A stretch of 64,000 nucleotides of DNA, taken from contig JBGAON010000003.1 of NCBI GenBank assembly GCA_044221725.1, positions 320,001 to 384,000 of the forward strand, in the 5' to 3' direction. The notes beneath the pieces are model-generated. The model was not told the DNA's origin, ran no database searches, and was given only the letters and a program-made list of their open reading frames with translations. Within the stretch, counting starts at the first letter, position 1; each line of letters starts with the position of its first letter. The position numbers and the translations under genes were made by a program. This document shows, in pieces, positions 30,254-41,142 of the stretch. Origin of the DNA: Elusimicrobiota bacterium. Its GTDB lineage: Bacteria; Elusimicrobiota; Elusimicrobia; F11.

Positions 30254-30976
30254 TTACGCTGGGCGGCTTTTCTTTGTGGCAATAACCTCCAATAGATGTC
30301 CCAACGTGGCTGCGCGAGGGGCCGCGAACCCGGCGAGCTCGGCTTTGCCCAAGAGTTCGTTAACTTCGTCCGGTTTGTAGGCGGCGCGAAGGCTTTCAAC
30401 GTATTGCTTGCTCATCTGGATGGATCCCATCGAAATGGCTCCGCCCATAAATAGCAACGGAAAGAGAGCATTGTGCGGACGGCGCAAGTCTTGCAGCAGA
30501 ATGATGCCACCGGGAACGAGCACGCGTTTCATTTCTTCCAGCATGGCCAGCGCGTCGGGAAATTCGTGCAGCGCGAAATGGCTCACAATAATGTCGAAAT
30601 GTTCGGAGGGGAAGCCGGTTTTTTCGGCAAAACTCTTTACGAAACTCACGTTTTCCATTCCCTGGCAATGACGACGAGCTTTTTCGAGCATGAGATCTGA
30701 CGCATCGAGCCCGATGATTTCCCAATTTGGCCGCTCTTTGTGGAGTTCTTTCGGAATCCACCCGGGGCCGGTGCCGAGATCCAAAACTTTCAGTTTAGAG
30801 AAGCGGCCCGCGAAACTCAAAATACGTTTAATAAAGAGTCCACGTTCCCACCGGACGAGCCCTTTGTCCATTCGGTCGTTATAAATTTCGACTTCTGCCA
30901 CTTCATCGTAGCGGGAATCTTTTTCCGGAATACGGGCGGATTTCGTTGCCCATTCAGCATTTGGCGCGCGTTCCAT
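30254..30976 (-). CDS. Class I SAM-dependent methyltransferase
   Basis: VLDLGTGPG, GLDAS, FDIIVSHFALH, KRVLVPGG. Confidence 0.9.
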   Translation of the reverse strand: MERAPNAEWATKSARIPEKDSRYDEVAEVEIYNDRMDKGLVRWERGLFIKRILSFAGRFSKLKVLDLGTGPGWIPKELHKERPNWEIIGLDASDLMLEKARRHCQGMENVSFVKSFAEKTGFPSEHFDIIVSHFALHEFPDALAMLEEMKRVLVPGGIILLQDLRRPHNALFPLLFMGGAISMGSIQMSKQYVESLRAAYKPDEVNELLGKAELAGFAAPRAATLGHLLEVIATKKSRPA

Positions 30977-31003
30977 TGTAAAGCCTCCTTTCCCTCTGCT
31001 GTC

Positions 31004-31075
31004 AGGGTAATAGAGGAGGCTTCATCGGCGGGTAAGCTTATGTCAGGAGTATGTCAGCAATAAATGAGTTGATTT
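31004..31075 (-). promoter_or_regulatory. Activator-type promoter: triple direct repeat plus -10 (TACCCT) upstream of the methyltransferase
   Basis: GTAA 31032, GTCA 31042, GTCA 31053, GTTGATTT 31068. Confidence 0.7.
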
Positions 31076-32772
31076 TAGAAGTGATATTCCACTTCGATGT
31101 ATCCGCGGTCTTTGTTTTCGAAAATACCGAAATGGCCTTGATTCGGGTGGCCCTCGAAAATATCGGCACCCAACTTTGTGACGATGTGATCGCCGAAGCG
31201 GAGCGTAATTTTGGGACGATGCAATCGGTCTCTGCGACTTGGGTCGGTCAGAACCAGGTATTCCGGTTCCAGCTTTTTGTCGAGCAACGGCCATTTCACC
31301 CAAAATGTCCAAAGGCTGCTGCTCGGGCGTTCGTTTACGAGTTTATCGCCCGCGTCAGAAATTATTTTTTGGCTGAATTGGACATTTGTGTCGAGCGGGC
31401 CATATTGCCGCGACAAGCCGACCACATAGTTGAATGTGTCCTTGCGAGTGACGCCGTCCGTATCGGCGATGTCTGAGGTAGAGTAATAGCTATCCGGTTT
31501 GAGGTTTGCTTCGCCTTTGAGAATCGAGTCCCACAGGAAGTCTTTAGAAAGTGTCAACCCAAAGATATTTTGCCGCCGATATCCTGGCGCAAAATGGAAT
31601 CCGGAAAAATCGATGGTGCGAAAATAGATGGGAGATTTCTCCCAGGTGTAGAGCGCGAACGCGCTGATGTCGAGCCCGGCTACGAGCCGCGAAATCTTTG
31701 CTCCGGCATCCGCGCTGTCGGAACCGGTCGGTTCCGTGGGATCCTTCGTCGTTGTCGGTACCCCGGAAGGCGCGGGCAGGGGAAATGCAAACTCCGATCC
31801 TTGCACCGCAAATTTGTTGAATTCGGGCTTCGCAGCGAACAGTTCAAGATTCGCAATGTTGTGCGTGATGGACAGGTCCGCCGCCCACTGCGGTATTCGG
31901 ATTAAATCGAATTCGGGCAAAATGTATTCACGCAAGTCGATACCGTTTGCCACATCCGCGATGAACAGCGAAATCGCATCGCCCCACACGATTTGTTGTT
32001 TGCCGATGCGCAAGTCGAAGGCACCCGATGAATAATCAAGATACGCGTCTCGGAATTCCAGTTCGGATTCCAAATCGTCCTTCTCGAGCCCTTTCTTTTT
32101 CCGTTCGTCGTTGTTGTTCGCAACGGCCGTGTCGTAAAACGCGTGCTCGGATAATCTCAGTTGCAGCGCCTCGTTCACTTCGAACGATTGGTTCAGAAGG
32201 AGTCGCGTGCGATTTTTTGTGAATTGACGCGGTTCGCTGATGCGATACGCTACTTCCTGTCGAACGCTTCCTCCGAAATGAAAACGGTCCAAAAAGGGGG
32301 AGGCTGTTTCATTAACGTAAGACGACGTTTGTTTTGGTGGTGGGGGTGGCAAAGCGGCAGGTTTTCTTTCGGCTTTTTTTGCCGGCGGCACCGCCATCGC
32401 TGGAGGCAACGCCTTTTTCTGAGCTTCTTTGCGCGCCCGATCGCATTCGGCGTGCAACGCTTTTAGTTTTCGTGCGTATTTTTTGCGCGCTTCATTTATT
32501 TTTTCATTTCGGCTGGATTCCGAATCGTTCATCGACTTCAGGCTTCTGCGGGATGCCTTTTTTTTATCGGCATTGAAATTGTCGAGCAGAATCTTTTCGT
32601 TTTCGCGGCAATTTTCATTTACCTCGTCTAGCGCTGGGTTGTGGTGGGATGACTTTGCTTGCGCGTGGCTGCATTCGAAAAACGTCAGTAGGAATAACGC
32701 GAGCAGTGGCACTGCGCACGATTTAAAAATGTGGGCAGGATTAAGCGGCGGGTCTTGCTTCGTTGGCGTCAT
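31075..32772 (-). CDS. Outer-membrane beta-barrel (DUF1302-like) with N-terminal helical/Pro-rich extension
   Basis: FRDAYLDY, LRIGKQQIVWGDA, DLREYILP, terminal YIEVEYHF. Confidence 0.75.
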   Translation of the reverse strand: MTPTKQDPPLNPAHIFKSCAVPLLALFLLTFFECSHAQAKSSHHNPALDEVNENCRENEKILLDNFNADKKKASRRSLKSMNDSESSRNEKINEARKKYARKLKALHAECDRARKEAQKKALPPAMAVPPAKKAERKPAALPPPPPKQTSSYVNETASPFLDRFHFGGSVRQEVAYRISEPRQFTKNRTRLLLNQSFEVNEALQLRLSEHAFYDTAVANNNDERKKKGLEKDDLESELEFRDAYLDYSSGAFDLRIGKQQIVWGDAISLFIADVANGIDLREYILPEFDLIRIPQWAADLSITHNIANLELFAAKPEFNKFAVQGSEFAFPLPAPSGVPTTTKDPTEPTGSDSADAGAKISRLVAGLDISAFALYTWEKSPIYFRTIDFSGFHFAPGYRRQNIFGLTLSKDFLWDSILKGEANLKPDSYYSTSDIADTDGVTRKDTFNYVVGLSRQYGPLDTNVQFSQKIISDAGDKLVNERPSSSLWTFWVKWPLLDKKLEPEYLVLTDPSRRDRLHRPKITLRFGDHIVTKLGADIFEGHPNQGHFGIFENKDRGYIEVEYHF

Positions 32773-33232
32773 CGGCTTCCTTCGCTTTCTTTTTTGAGGC
32801 GAGGCGGGTATCGATGACCTTTTGGATACGATCTTGAATGTTAGGGATTTTTCGGGAAATCGAACTCATCGATTCGTGGGACAAAATAAGCAGTTCAGCA
32901 CCTTGGTCGCTCGTGGTTACTGTGGCGGTCGCCGACGTGGGGCGAAGCAGCGAAATTTCACCGAAATAGGCGCCCGCTTGCAGTTCGGCGAGGGTAATTT
33001 TCTGGCCCTTATTCTTTGTTGTGATCACGACGCCGCCTTTTCGAATGATGTAAAGGCGGTTCGCAATCTCGCCCTGAAAAATTATCGTTTTGTTCGGGCC
33101 GGTTGTCGCCTTCTGAAGCGACAGCAAGATGTTTTCAAGTTCCGTTTCGGGGACCGTCTCGAGGAAGTCAATTTTTTTCAGCAATGAAACGGTGCTTACG
33201 TATTCTTTTGGATCGAGGTCTATTAACTCCAT
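32741..33232 (-). CDS. Stand-alone cyclic nucleotide-binding domain protein
   Basis: IIFQGE..LYIIRKG..YFGEISLL..SATATV. Confidence 0.85.
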   Translation of the reverse strand: MELIDLDPKEYVSTVSLLKKIDFLETVPETELENILLSLQKATTGPNKTIIFQGEIANRLYIIRKGGVVITTKNKGQKITLAELQAGAYFGEISLLRPTSATATVTTSDQGAELLILSHESMSSISRKIPNIQDRIQKVIDTRLASKKKAKEADDANEARPAA

Positions 33233-33276
33233 AATGGAAGTATAAGGGGCAAAAACCAAAATGCTAACCTCTATTT

Positions 33277-33999
33277 ATGATTTTTGCTTTGTATCACAGC
33301 GCCGGCGAAACCGTTGGTTTGATCGGAGACGTTCTTAAAGAATTGCGCCTGCCGTTCAAAGCCGTCCATTTGTACGAGGGCGAAGGTTTGCCCCGCGATA
33401 CGAGCGATTTGGAAGGCTTGATTGTTATGGGCGGCCCAATGAACGTGGATGATGTTGATAATTATCCGTTCCTACTTCCCGAAGTTCAACTCATTGAAAA
33501 GATTTTGCATGAGAAGAAACCCGTTCTTGGAATTTGTCTCGGCGCGCAACTTATGGCCAAGGCCTTGGGAGAAAAAGTCTTCGCGAACGGAACGAAAGAA
33601 GTGGGCTGGCATCCGATAAAGCTCACGGAGCATGCAAAAGACGATCTGCTTTTCAAAAAATTCCCGAGCTCCGTCAACGTGGTTCATTGGCACGGCGACA
33701 CGTTTAATGTTCCGAGCGGTGCGGTCCATCTGGCGGAAACCGACACGTGTAAAAGCCAAGCGTTTCGTTGGGGCGAGAAAGCTTACGCTCTCCAATTTCA
33801 TTTCGAAGTGACTCCGCCGATGCTTCAAAGCTGGTGCGAGGCAGCGTCCGAGCAGAATTTCATTAAAGCGGCCGGCGAGGACGCCCAGCAGATTGTTGCC
33901 GTGACGCCCGATGAATTCGATGACTTGGAACCGTTGGCTCGCCAATTTTTCTCTTCCTACTTTAAATCCGCCTACAGTCACCTTCTTGCGACGGTATAG
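33277..33999 (+). CDS. Type 1 glutamine amidotransferase
   Basis: MGGPM, GICLGAQL, HWHGDTF, QFHFE. Confidence 0.92.
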   Translation: MIFALYHSAGETVGLIGDVLKELRLPFKAVHLYEGEGLPRDTSDLEGLIVMGGPMNVDDVDNYPFLLPEVQLIEKILHEKKPVLGICLGAQLMAKALGEKVFANGTKEVGWHPIKLTEHAKDDLLFKKFPSSVNVVHWHGDTFNVPSGAVHLAETDTCKSQAFRWGEKAYALQFHFEVTPPMLQSWCEAASEQNFIKAAGEDAQQIVAVTPDEFDDLEPLARQFFSSYFKSAYSHLLATV

Positions 34000-34014
34000 C
34001 CGTTCCTTCTCTAA

Positions 34015-34902
34015 ATGAGTTTTCGTAGCGGGTACGTCAGTGTCATCGGCTGGCCGAACGTTGGCAAATCGACACTGGTTAACACATTCCTCGGAGCGAA
34101 ACTTTCCATCGTGTCGCCGCGCCCGCAAACCACGCGCGAATCAATTCTCGGAATTTTGAACGAGCCCGACTTTCAAATGATTTTCGTCGATACGCCCGGG
34201 TGGCTTGAACCCAAAGATTCGTATCAATCGTTTATGAAACGCGCCATCGTTCGCTCAATGTATGACGATGCCGACGAGATCGTATGGTTGCTTGAACCCA
34301 AACCCTTCACCGCCGAAGACGCGGCCTTCGCCGATAAACTTCAAAAGACCACGAAACCCGTCATCGTCGCCGTGAACAAGATGGATTTGGCCGGCAGTCA
34401 GCCGCACTTCGAAAAAATTCGAGCGGAGCTGACCGACCGTTGGGGGAACGACGCAACTGTTTTGGGAATTTCGGCGAAGAACGGAGTTGGCCTTTTGGAA
34501 TTGAAAGGCGCGCTGTCGTCGCGTTTGCCAATCGCCCCGGCTTTCTTTCCGACCGATCAAATCACCGATCGCTGGGAGCGATTTTACGTGGCGGAACTTA
34601 TTCGCGAGCAGATATTCAAACACTATAAAGAGGAAGTGCCGCACGCGTGTTTGGTGACGGTGGAAGAATTCGTTGAGAAGCCGGGTCGTAAGGACGTTAT
34701 TCGCGCGAATATCATCGTTGAAACCGACGGACAGAAAAAGATTGTCATCGGAAGCCACGCAGCGGCGATCAAGTCCCTTGGACAAGCATCGCGCAAAGAA
34801 ATCGAAGCGCAGCTGGGGCGTCCGGTGTTTTTGGAGCTCAATGTGAAGGTGCACAAGAACTGGCGCAACGACGCTGGATTTCTAAAAAAGTTAGACGAAT
34901 GA
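34015..34902 (+). CDS. era: GTPase Era
   Basis: GWPNVGKST, PQTTR, DTPG, NKMD, KH domain. Confidence 0.95.
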   Translation: MSFRSGYVSVIGWPNVGKSTLVNTFLGAKLSIVSPRPQTTRESILGILNEPDFQMIFVDTPGWLEPKDSYQSFMKRAIVRSMYDDADEIVWLLEPKPFTAEDAAFADKLQKTTKPVIVAVNKMDLAGSQPHFEKIRAELTDRWGNDATVLGISAKNGVGLLELKGALSSRLPIAPAFFPTDQITDRWERFYVAELIREQIFKHYKEEVPHACLVTVEEFVEKPGRKDVIRANIIVETDGQKKIVIGSHAAAIKSLGQASRKEIEAQLGRPVFLELNVKVHKNWRNDAGFLKKLDE

Positions 34903-34940
34903 TTTGTCGCCCCGGCATTATTAGCACTCGGCCTTTCCGC

Positions 34941-34969
34941 TTGACAGAAATAAATCGCGCTTCTATAAT
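34941..34969 (+). promoter_or_regulatory. Perfect sigma70 promoter of groESL
   Basis: TTGACA-N17-TATAAT. Confidence 0.85.
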
Positions 34970-35062
34970 ACCGCCATCTTAAAAACGAACCGGGCGTTCT
35001 GCTCGGGTCACCATCCGACGGAAAATAGTCGTTCCAAAGGATGGTTTTTTTGGATTCTAAAA

Positions 35063-35089
35063 TTAGCAGTCCATTTATGGAGGTGCCAA
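35063..35089 (+). promoter_or_regulatory. Degenerate CIRCE (HrcA operator) overlapping the groES RBS
   Basis: TTAGCAGTC-N9-AGGTGCCAA versus consensus TTAGCACTC-N9-GAGTGCTAA; perfect half-site also at 34921-34929. Confidence 0.55.
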
Positions 35090-35091
35090 TT

Positions 35092-35406
35092 ATGGCAGAC
35101 GCAGTATTGAGCGGCGTGAAAATCACGCCTCTTGGCGATCGAGTTCTCGTTCGCCCGGCAGACAAAGGTGAAACACGGAAAAGCGGCATTATTATTCCCG
35201 ACACGGCGAAAGAAAAGCCGCAGGAAGGAAAAGTGGTCGCGGTGGGCAAAGGCAAAGTGACCGACGAAGGAAAAGTGTTGCCAATGGACGTAAAAGTGGG
35301 CGACCAAATCCTTTACGGGAAATATTCGGGCACGGAAATCAAATTGGACGACCAGGATCACCTGATTCTTCATCAGGACGACATTCTTGGCATCGTGTCG
35401 AAATAA
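35092..35406 (+). CDS. groES: Co-chaperonin GroES
   Basis: [29 protein letters not shown]. Confidence 0.97.
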   Translation: MADAVLSGVKITPLGDRVLVRPADKGETRKSGIIIPDTAKEKPQEGKVVAVGKGKVTDEGKVLPMDVKVGDQILYGKYSGTEIKLDDQDHLILHQDDILGIVSK

Positions 35407-35420
35407 TTAGGAGGAAATGA

Positions 35421-37079
<1,659 letters not shown>

Positions 37080-37105
37080 ACAAAAGTTCTAGAAAAAAGT
37101 AACTT

Positions 37106-37217
37106 ACGCGTCATTGTGAAGACGTCATCCTGGAATGTCTCTATCCAGGATCCAAGTTAAAATGGGCCCTGGATTAAAACATTCCAGGGCGACGACCTTC
37201 GCAATGACGCGTTTTTG
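37106..37217 (+). repeat. Long nested inverted repeat (REP-like family A) followed by a T-tract; probable groEL terminator
   Basis: Arms ACGCGTCATTGTGAAG / CTTCGCAATGACGCGT enclosing a CGTCATCCTGGAATGT..ACATTCCAGGGCGACG doublet. Confidence 0.8.
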
Positions 37218-37225
37218 TTTAACCT

Positions 37226-39982
37226 ATGACCGAACCTCTCTCATCAACCTACGATCCAAAAAACGTTGAAGCCCGCTGGTACGACGTTTGGGACAGCGCT
37301 GGCTATTTCCAGCCCGCCTCCGCTGAAGCTACGGCGGGCAATCCCGCGCCAAAACCTTATGTGGTTGTAATTCCTCCACCAAACGTGACGGGCTCCTTGC
37401 ACATGGGGCACGCGCTGAACAACACGGTGCAAGATATTCTTGTGCGGTATCACCGAATGAAAGGCGACGCCGTCGAGTGGGTGCCCGGAACCGATCACGG
37501 TGGAATTGCAACGCAGAACGTTGTGGAAAAAATTCTGCTCAAAGAAAAGATTTCGCGTCATGACTTGGGTCGCGAAAAATTCCTCGAGCGCATGTGGGCT
37601 TGGCGCAAAGAAGCGGGCGACAACATTCTCAATCAACTGAAACGGCTCGGCGCATCGCTCGATTGGACTCACTACCGATTTACAATGGACGAACAATGTT
37701 CGCGCGCCGTGCGCTACGCGTTCGTCGAACTTTATAACCGCAAACTGCTTTATCGTGGCAAGCGCCTCGTGAACTGGTGTCCGCGCTGTATGACGGCGCT
37801 CGCCGATATTGAAGTGGAACACAACGAGACAAACGGCCATCTGTGGCACATTCGCTATCCCATTGCTGAACGTCGCAAAGAAAAACGTATTCCCGCGAAA
37901 AAGTCCAAACAAAATCCTTTTTATGAACAGGGGTGTGTGATTGTTGCCACGACGCGTCCCGAAACTTTGCTTGGCGATACCGCCGTTGCCGTGAATCCGA
38001 AAGACAAGCGGTATAAAGATGTGATCGGCGCCACGATCAAATTGCCGCTCACCGATCGCATAATTCCTGTGGTGGCCGACGATGTCGTTGACAAAAATTT
38101 TGGTTCCGGCGTCGTGAAAGTGACACCGGCGCACGATCCGACCGACTTTGAAATTGCGGAGCGCGCGAAGCTGCCGCACGTCACCGTCATCGGATTTGAG
38201 GGAAAAATGACGGATGCGGCCGGTGCCAATTTCGCTGGCATGGACCGTTTCGATGCGCGCAAAAAAGTTGTGGAAGAGCTGGAAAAGGCGGGGCTGCTCG
38301 AGAAAATTGAGGATTACAAACTGTCCGTTTCGGTTTGCTACCGCTGCGATTCCATTATCGAGCCACTCGAATCCGAACAGTGGTTTCTTTCGATGGCGAA
38401 CATGTCCAAGAAAGCGCGCGAAGCCAACAAGAAAGGGAAGATGAAAATCGTCCCGGAAAGTTGGGAGAGCCCGTATCAACTTTGGTTGCGAAATCTGAAA
38501 GACTGGTGCGTGTCGCGTCAGATTTGGTGGGGACACCGAATTCCTGTTTGGTATTGCGCCGACAAGAAATGTCCGCCGGTGGTGTCGCTGGAGGATCCAA
38601 CGTCGTGCCCAACCTGCAAAGGGGAAAAGTTGGAGCAGGATCCCGACGTTCTCGATACCTGGTTTTCCTCGGCGCTCTGGCCATTTTCTGTGTTTGGATG
38701 GCCCGAACAAACGCCCGACTTGAAAAGATTTTTCCCAACGTCCACCCTCGTTACCGGCCACGAGATCCTCTATTTGTGGGTTGCGCGCATGGCGATGTTT
38801 GGCATCGAGTTCCTTGGTAAATCACCGTTTGAGCATGTGCTCATTCACGGCATTGTGCGTGACAAGAAAGGTCGCAAAATGTCGAAGTCGCTTGGGAACG
38901 TAATCGATCCGTTGGAGCTCATTGCCGAATTTGGTGCGGACGCGGTGCGATTTTCGCTCGCACAGTCGGCGGCGCCCGGTCGCGATATGCAGATTTCGAA
39001 GGAGAACTTCGTTTCGGCACGAAACTTTTCAAACAAGATCTGGAACGCCACGCGCTTCGTTTTGATGCGTCTCGGTGAGATGAATCAGATAACTCCGGTG
39101 ACGCCGCAAACACCGGGACTCGAGTTGGCCGATCGGTGGATTCTGAATCGGTTCAATGAAATCATTGCAGAGACAACGGAAGCGATCGACCGGTTTGACT
39201 TGGACACGGCAGCGCGCGGCCTTTACGATTTTTTCTGGTCAGACTTTTGTGACTGGTATTTGGAAATGGTGAAGCCACGCGTCGATCGTGAACATTACGC
39301 GGATCACGTCGTTGGTCCCGAATCCACCGAAACAGCGCGCAATGTGCTTGCCACGGTGCTCGAGGGCACCGTGAAGCTGCTTCATCCATTTATTCCGTTC
39401 ATCACCGAAGAGCTCTGGGAGAAAATCCCGAAGTCTGCGAACCCATCCACGCATGTGATGAAAGCGCCATGGCCGGTCCCCACCGCTATATATAAGGATG
39501 CTGCAGCGGCCCAGGCAATGACCGTTCTGCAAGAGATCGTAACGAAGTTGCGTACGATTCGCAGCGAAATGAATATTCCACCGAGTCAGCCGATCGAAGT
39601 TCTCGTGAAAACAGGTTCGGATTCGACGGCCGCTTTAATCGATCGTCAAACGACGATTCTTAAATGCCTGAACAGCCGGGTCGGAAAGATTCAAATGAGC
39701 AAGGAGTTGCAGCGCCCGAAAGCATCGGCCGCGGCCGTTGTCCCTGGGGCCAATCTGTACGTGCCGCTCGAGGGGCTTATCGATTTTCCAAAAGAACGTG
39801 CTCGGCTTGAAAAAGAACTTGCGAATCTACGGATGGACGCTGAGCGTTTGACCAAAAAAATGTCGAACCCGGATTTCATTACGCACGCGCCAAAAGAAGA
39901 AGTTGAGAAAGCCAAAGCGCGACTTGATGAATCGCACGAACGCATCCGTCACCTCGAAGGAAACATCGCCACGCTCTCGTAA
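37226..39982 (+). CDS. valS: Valine--tRNA ligase
   Basis: PPPNVTGSLHMGH, TTRPET, SRQIWWGH, KMSKS, C-terminal coiled coil. Confidence 0.98.
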   Translation: MTEPLSSTYDPKNVEARWYDVWDSAGYFQPASAEATAGNPAPKPYVVVIPPPNVTGSLHMGHALNNTVQDILVRYHRMKGDAVEWVPGTDHGGIATQNVVEKILLKEKISRHDLGREKFLERMWAWRKEAGDNILNQLKRLGASLDWTHYRFTMDEQCSRAVRYAFVELYNRKLLYRGKRLVNWCPRCMTALADIEVEHNETNGHLWHIRYPIAERRKEKRIPAKKSKQNPFYEQGCVIVATTRPETLLGDTAVAVNPKDKRYKDVIGATIKLPLTDRIIPVVADDVVDKNFGSGVVKVTPAHDPTDFEIAERAKLPHVTVIGFEGKMTDAAGANFAGMDRFDARKKVVEELEKAGLLEKIEDYKLSVSVCYRCDSIIEPLESEQWFLSMANMSKKAREANKKGKMKIVPESWESPYQLWLRNLKDWCVSRQIWWGHRIPVWYCADKKCPPVVSLEDPTSCPTCKGEKLEQDPDVLDTWFSSALWPFSVFGWPEQTPDLKRFFPTSTLVTGHEILYLWVARMAMFGIEFLGKSPFEHVLIHGIVRDKKGRKMSKSLGNVIDPLELIAEFGADAVRFSLAQSAAPGRDMQISKENFVSARNFSNKIWNATRFVLMRLGEMNQITPVTPQTPGLELADRWILNRFNEIIAETTEAIDRFDLDTAARGLYDFFWSDFCDWYLEMVKPRVDREHYADHVVGPESTETARNVLATVLEGTVKLLHPFIPFITEELWEKIPKSANPSTHVMKAPWPVPTAIYKDAAAAQAMTVLQEIVTKLRTIRSEMNIPPSQPIEVLVKTGSDSTAALIDRQTTILKCLNSRVGKIQMSKELQRPKASAAAVVPGANLYVPLEGLIDFPKERARLEKELANLRMDAERLTKKMSNPDFITHAPKEEVEKAKARLDESHERIRHLEGNIATLS
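37312..37339. repeat. REP-like family B palindrome inserted in frame in valS
   Basis: GCCCGCCTCCGCTGAAGCTACGGCGGGC encodes PASAEATAG; related to the copies at 55118-55173. Confidence 0.7.
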
Positions 39983-40069
39983 TTACTTCCGATTTTCACC
40001 TTGAAATCGGCAGTGCCCGCCTCTAAACTTCAAGTACGCAGTAAGAAGCTCAAGTGAAGAAGGGAAATC

Positions 40070-40708
40070 ATGACGAAAAAGGCGCGAGAAGACCTGCTGA
40101 AAATTAGCGAGATGGCCCAAAAGGCGGATGTCTTGGTTTCTACGATCCGCTATTACACCGATATCGGCTTGCTCAAAGCCGCGATGACCACCGAAGGCGG
40201 TCATCGACTCTACGAAGAAGCGCCCACCATGGATCGGCTGAACAAAATTAAAAAGATGGTTTCGAAAGGTATGACACTGCCGGAAATTCAATCTCAAATT
40301 GAACAAGAAGTCTCAACGAAAAAAATTCTTGTCGTGGACGATGAGCCGGAGATTGTGGATTTCATTAAAGATTTGTTGGCCGACACCGTGCCGCACCAAT
40401 TTGAAACAGCGTCCGAAGGTTTTTCAGCGGGACATTTGGTTCACACGTTTGCGCCGGACTTGGTCATTCTCGATTTGCTGCTTCCGGGCGTCGACGGATT
40501 TCAAGTGTGCCGCATGATTCGTGAAGACGCCGAGACGAAGAACACAAAAATTTTGGCGGTGACCGGATACGATTCCGCCGAGATCAGAAACAAAATTATT
40601 GAGTCCGGCGCCGACGATTATTTGGGGAAACCGCTCGACTACAATCAAACGATCGAAAAAATTTGCAAGTTGCTCGGCGTCAAAGCCAACAAGCCCGCCA
40701 AAAAATAA
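40070..40708 (+). CDS. MerR-type HTH fused to a response-regulator receiver domain
   Basis: STIRYYTDIGLL..GGHRLY; LVVDDE, ILDLLLP, DYLGKP. Confidence 0.88.
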   Translation: MTKKAREDLLKISEMAQKADVLVSTIRYYTDIGLLKAAMTTEGGHRLYEEAPTMDRLNKIKKMVSKGMTLPEIQSQIEQEVSTKKILVVDDEPEIVDFIKDLLADTVPHQFETASEGFSAGHLVHTFAPDLVILDLLLPGVDGFQVCRMIREDAETKNTKILAVTGYDSAEIRNKIIESGADDYLGKPLDYNQTIEKICKLLGVKANKPAKK

Positions 40709-40803
40709 TCCTTTCTTTTAATCTTCGTCGATAATAAGTTATAGTTCGCTGCCAGTTTATGGCGGGAGTGTTACGCCGGACTGCAAAATCTCTAGGAGGA
40801 AAC

Positions 40804-41061
40804 ATGGCACGAAAAGTGAACAAAGCATTCATGAAACCACTCCAGCCGTCCGACGCGTTGGCCGAAGTGGTGGGAAGCAAAGCGCTTCCACGCACCGAAG
40901 TAACGAAGAAACTTTGGGCATATATTAAGAAGCACAAACTTCAGGATCCGAAGAACAAAAGAAATATCAATGCCGACGAAACGCTTAAAGAAATTTTCGG
41001 CGGAAAGAAAACCGTCAATATGTTCGAAATGACGAAGCTCGTTGGAAAGCATCTTAAATAA
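40804..41061 (+). CDS. SWIB/MDM2 domain protein
   Basis: PSDALAEVVG..PRTEVTKKLWAYIKKHKLQD..MFEMTK; GGAGG RBS. Confidence 0.92.
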   Translation: MARKVNKAFMKPLQPSDALAEVVGSKALPRTEVTKKLWAYIKKHKLQDPKNKRNINADETLKEIFGGKKTVNMFEMTKLVGKHLK

Positions 41062-41087
41062 CCTCGAGTAAAACCGTTTCTCAAATC

Positions 41088-41129
41088 AAAGCGCGTCCCC
41101 CGAAGCTTAAGCATAGGGGGACGCGCTTT
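41088..41129. terminator. Hairpin terminator built on a family B palindrome
   Basis: AAAGCGCGTCCCCC / GGGGGACGCGCTTT arms; loop resembles CGTAGCTTCAGCGAAG. Confidence 0.7.
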
Positions 41130-41142
41130 GTACTTTACACCC

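Noticed and set aside
9545..32772. Dedicated acyl carrier protein (FeeL-like) or FeeH-like gene
   Set aside because: No small acidic ORF with a DSL-type motif seen in the gaps, and no FeeH recognised
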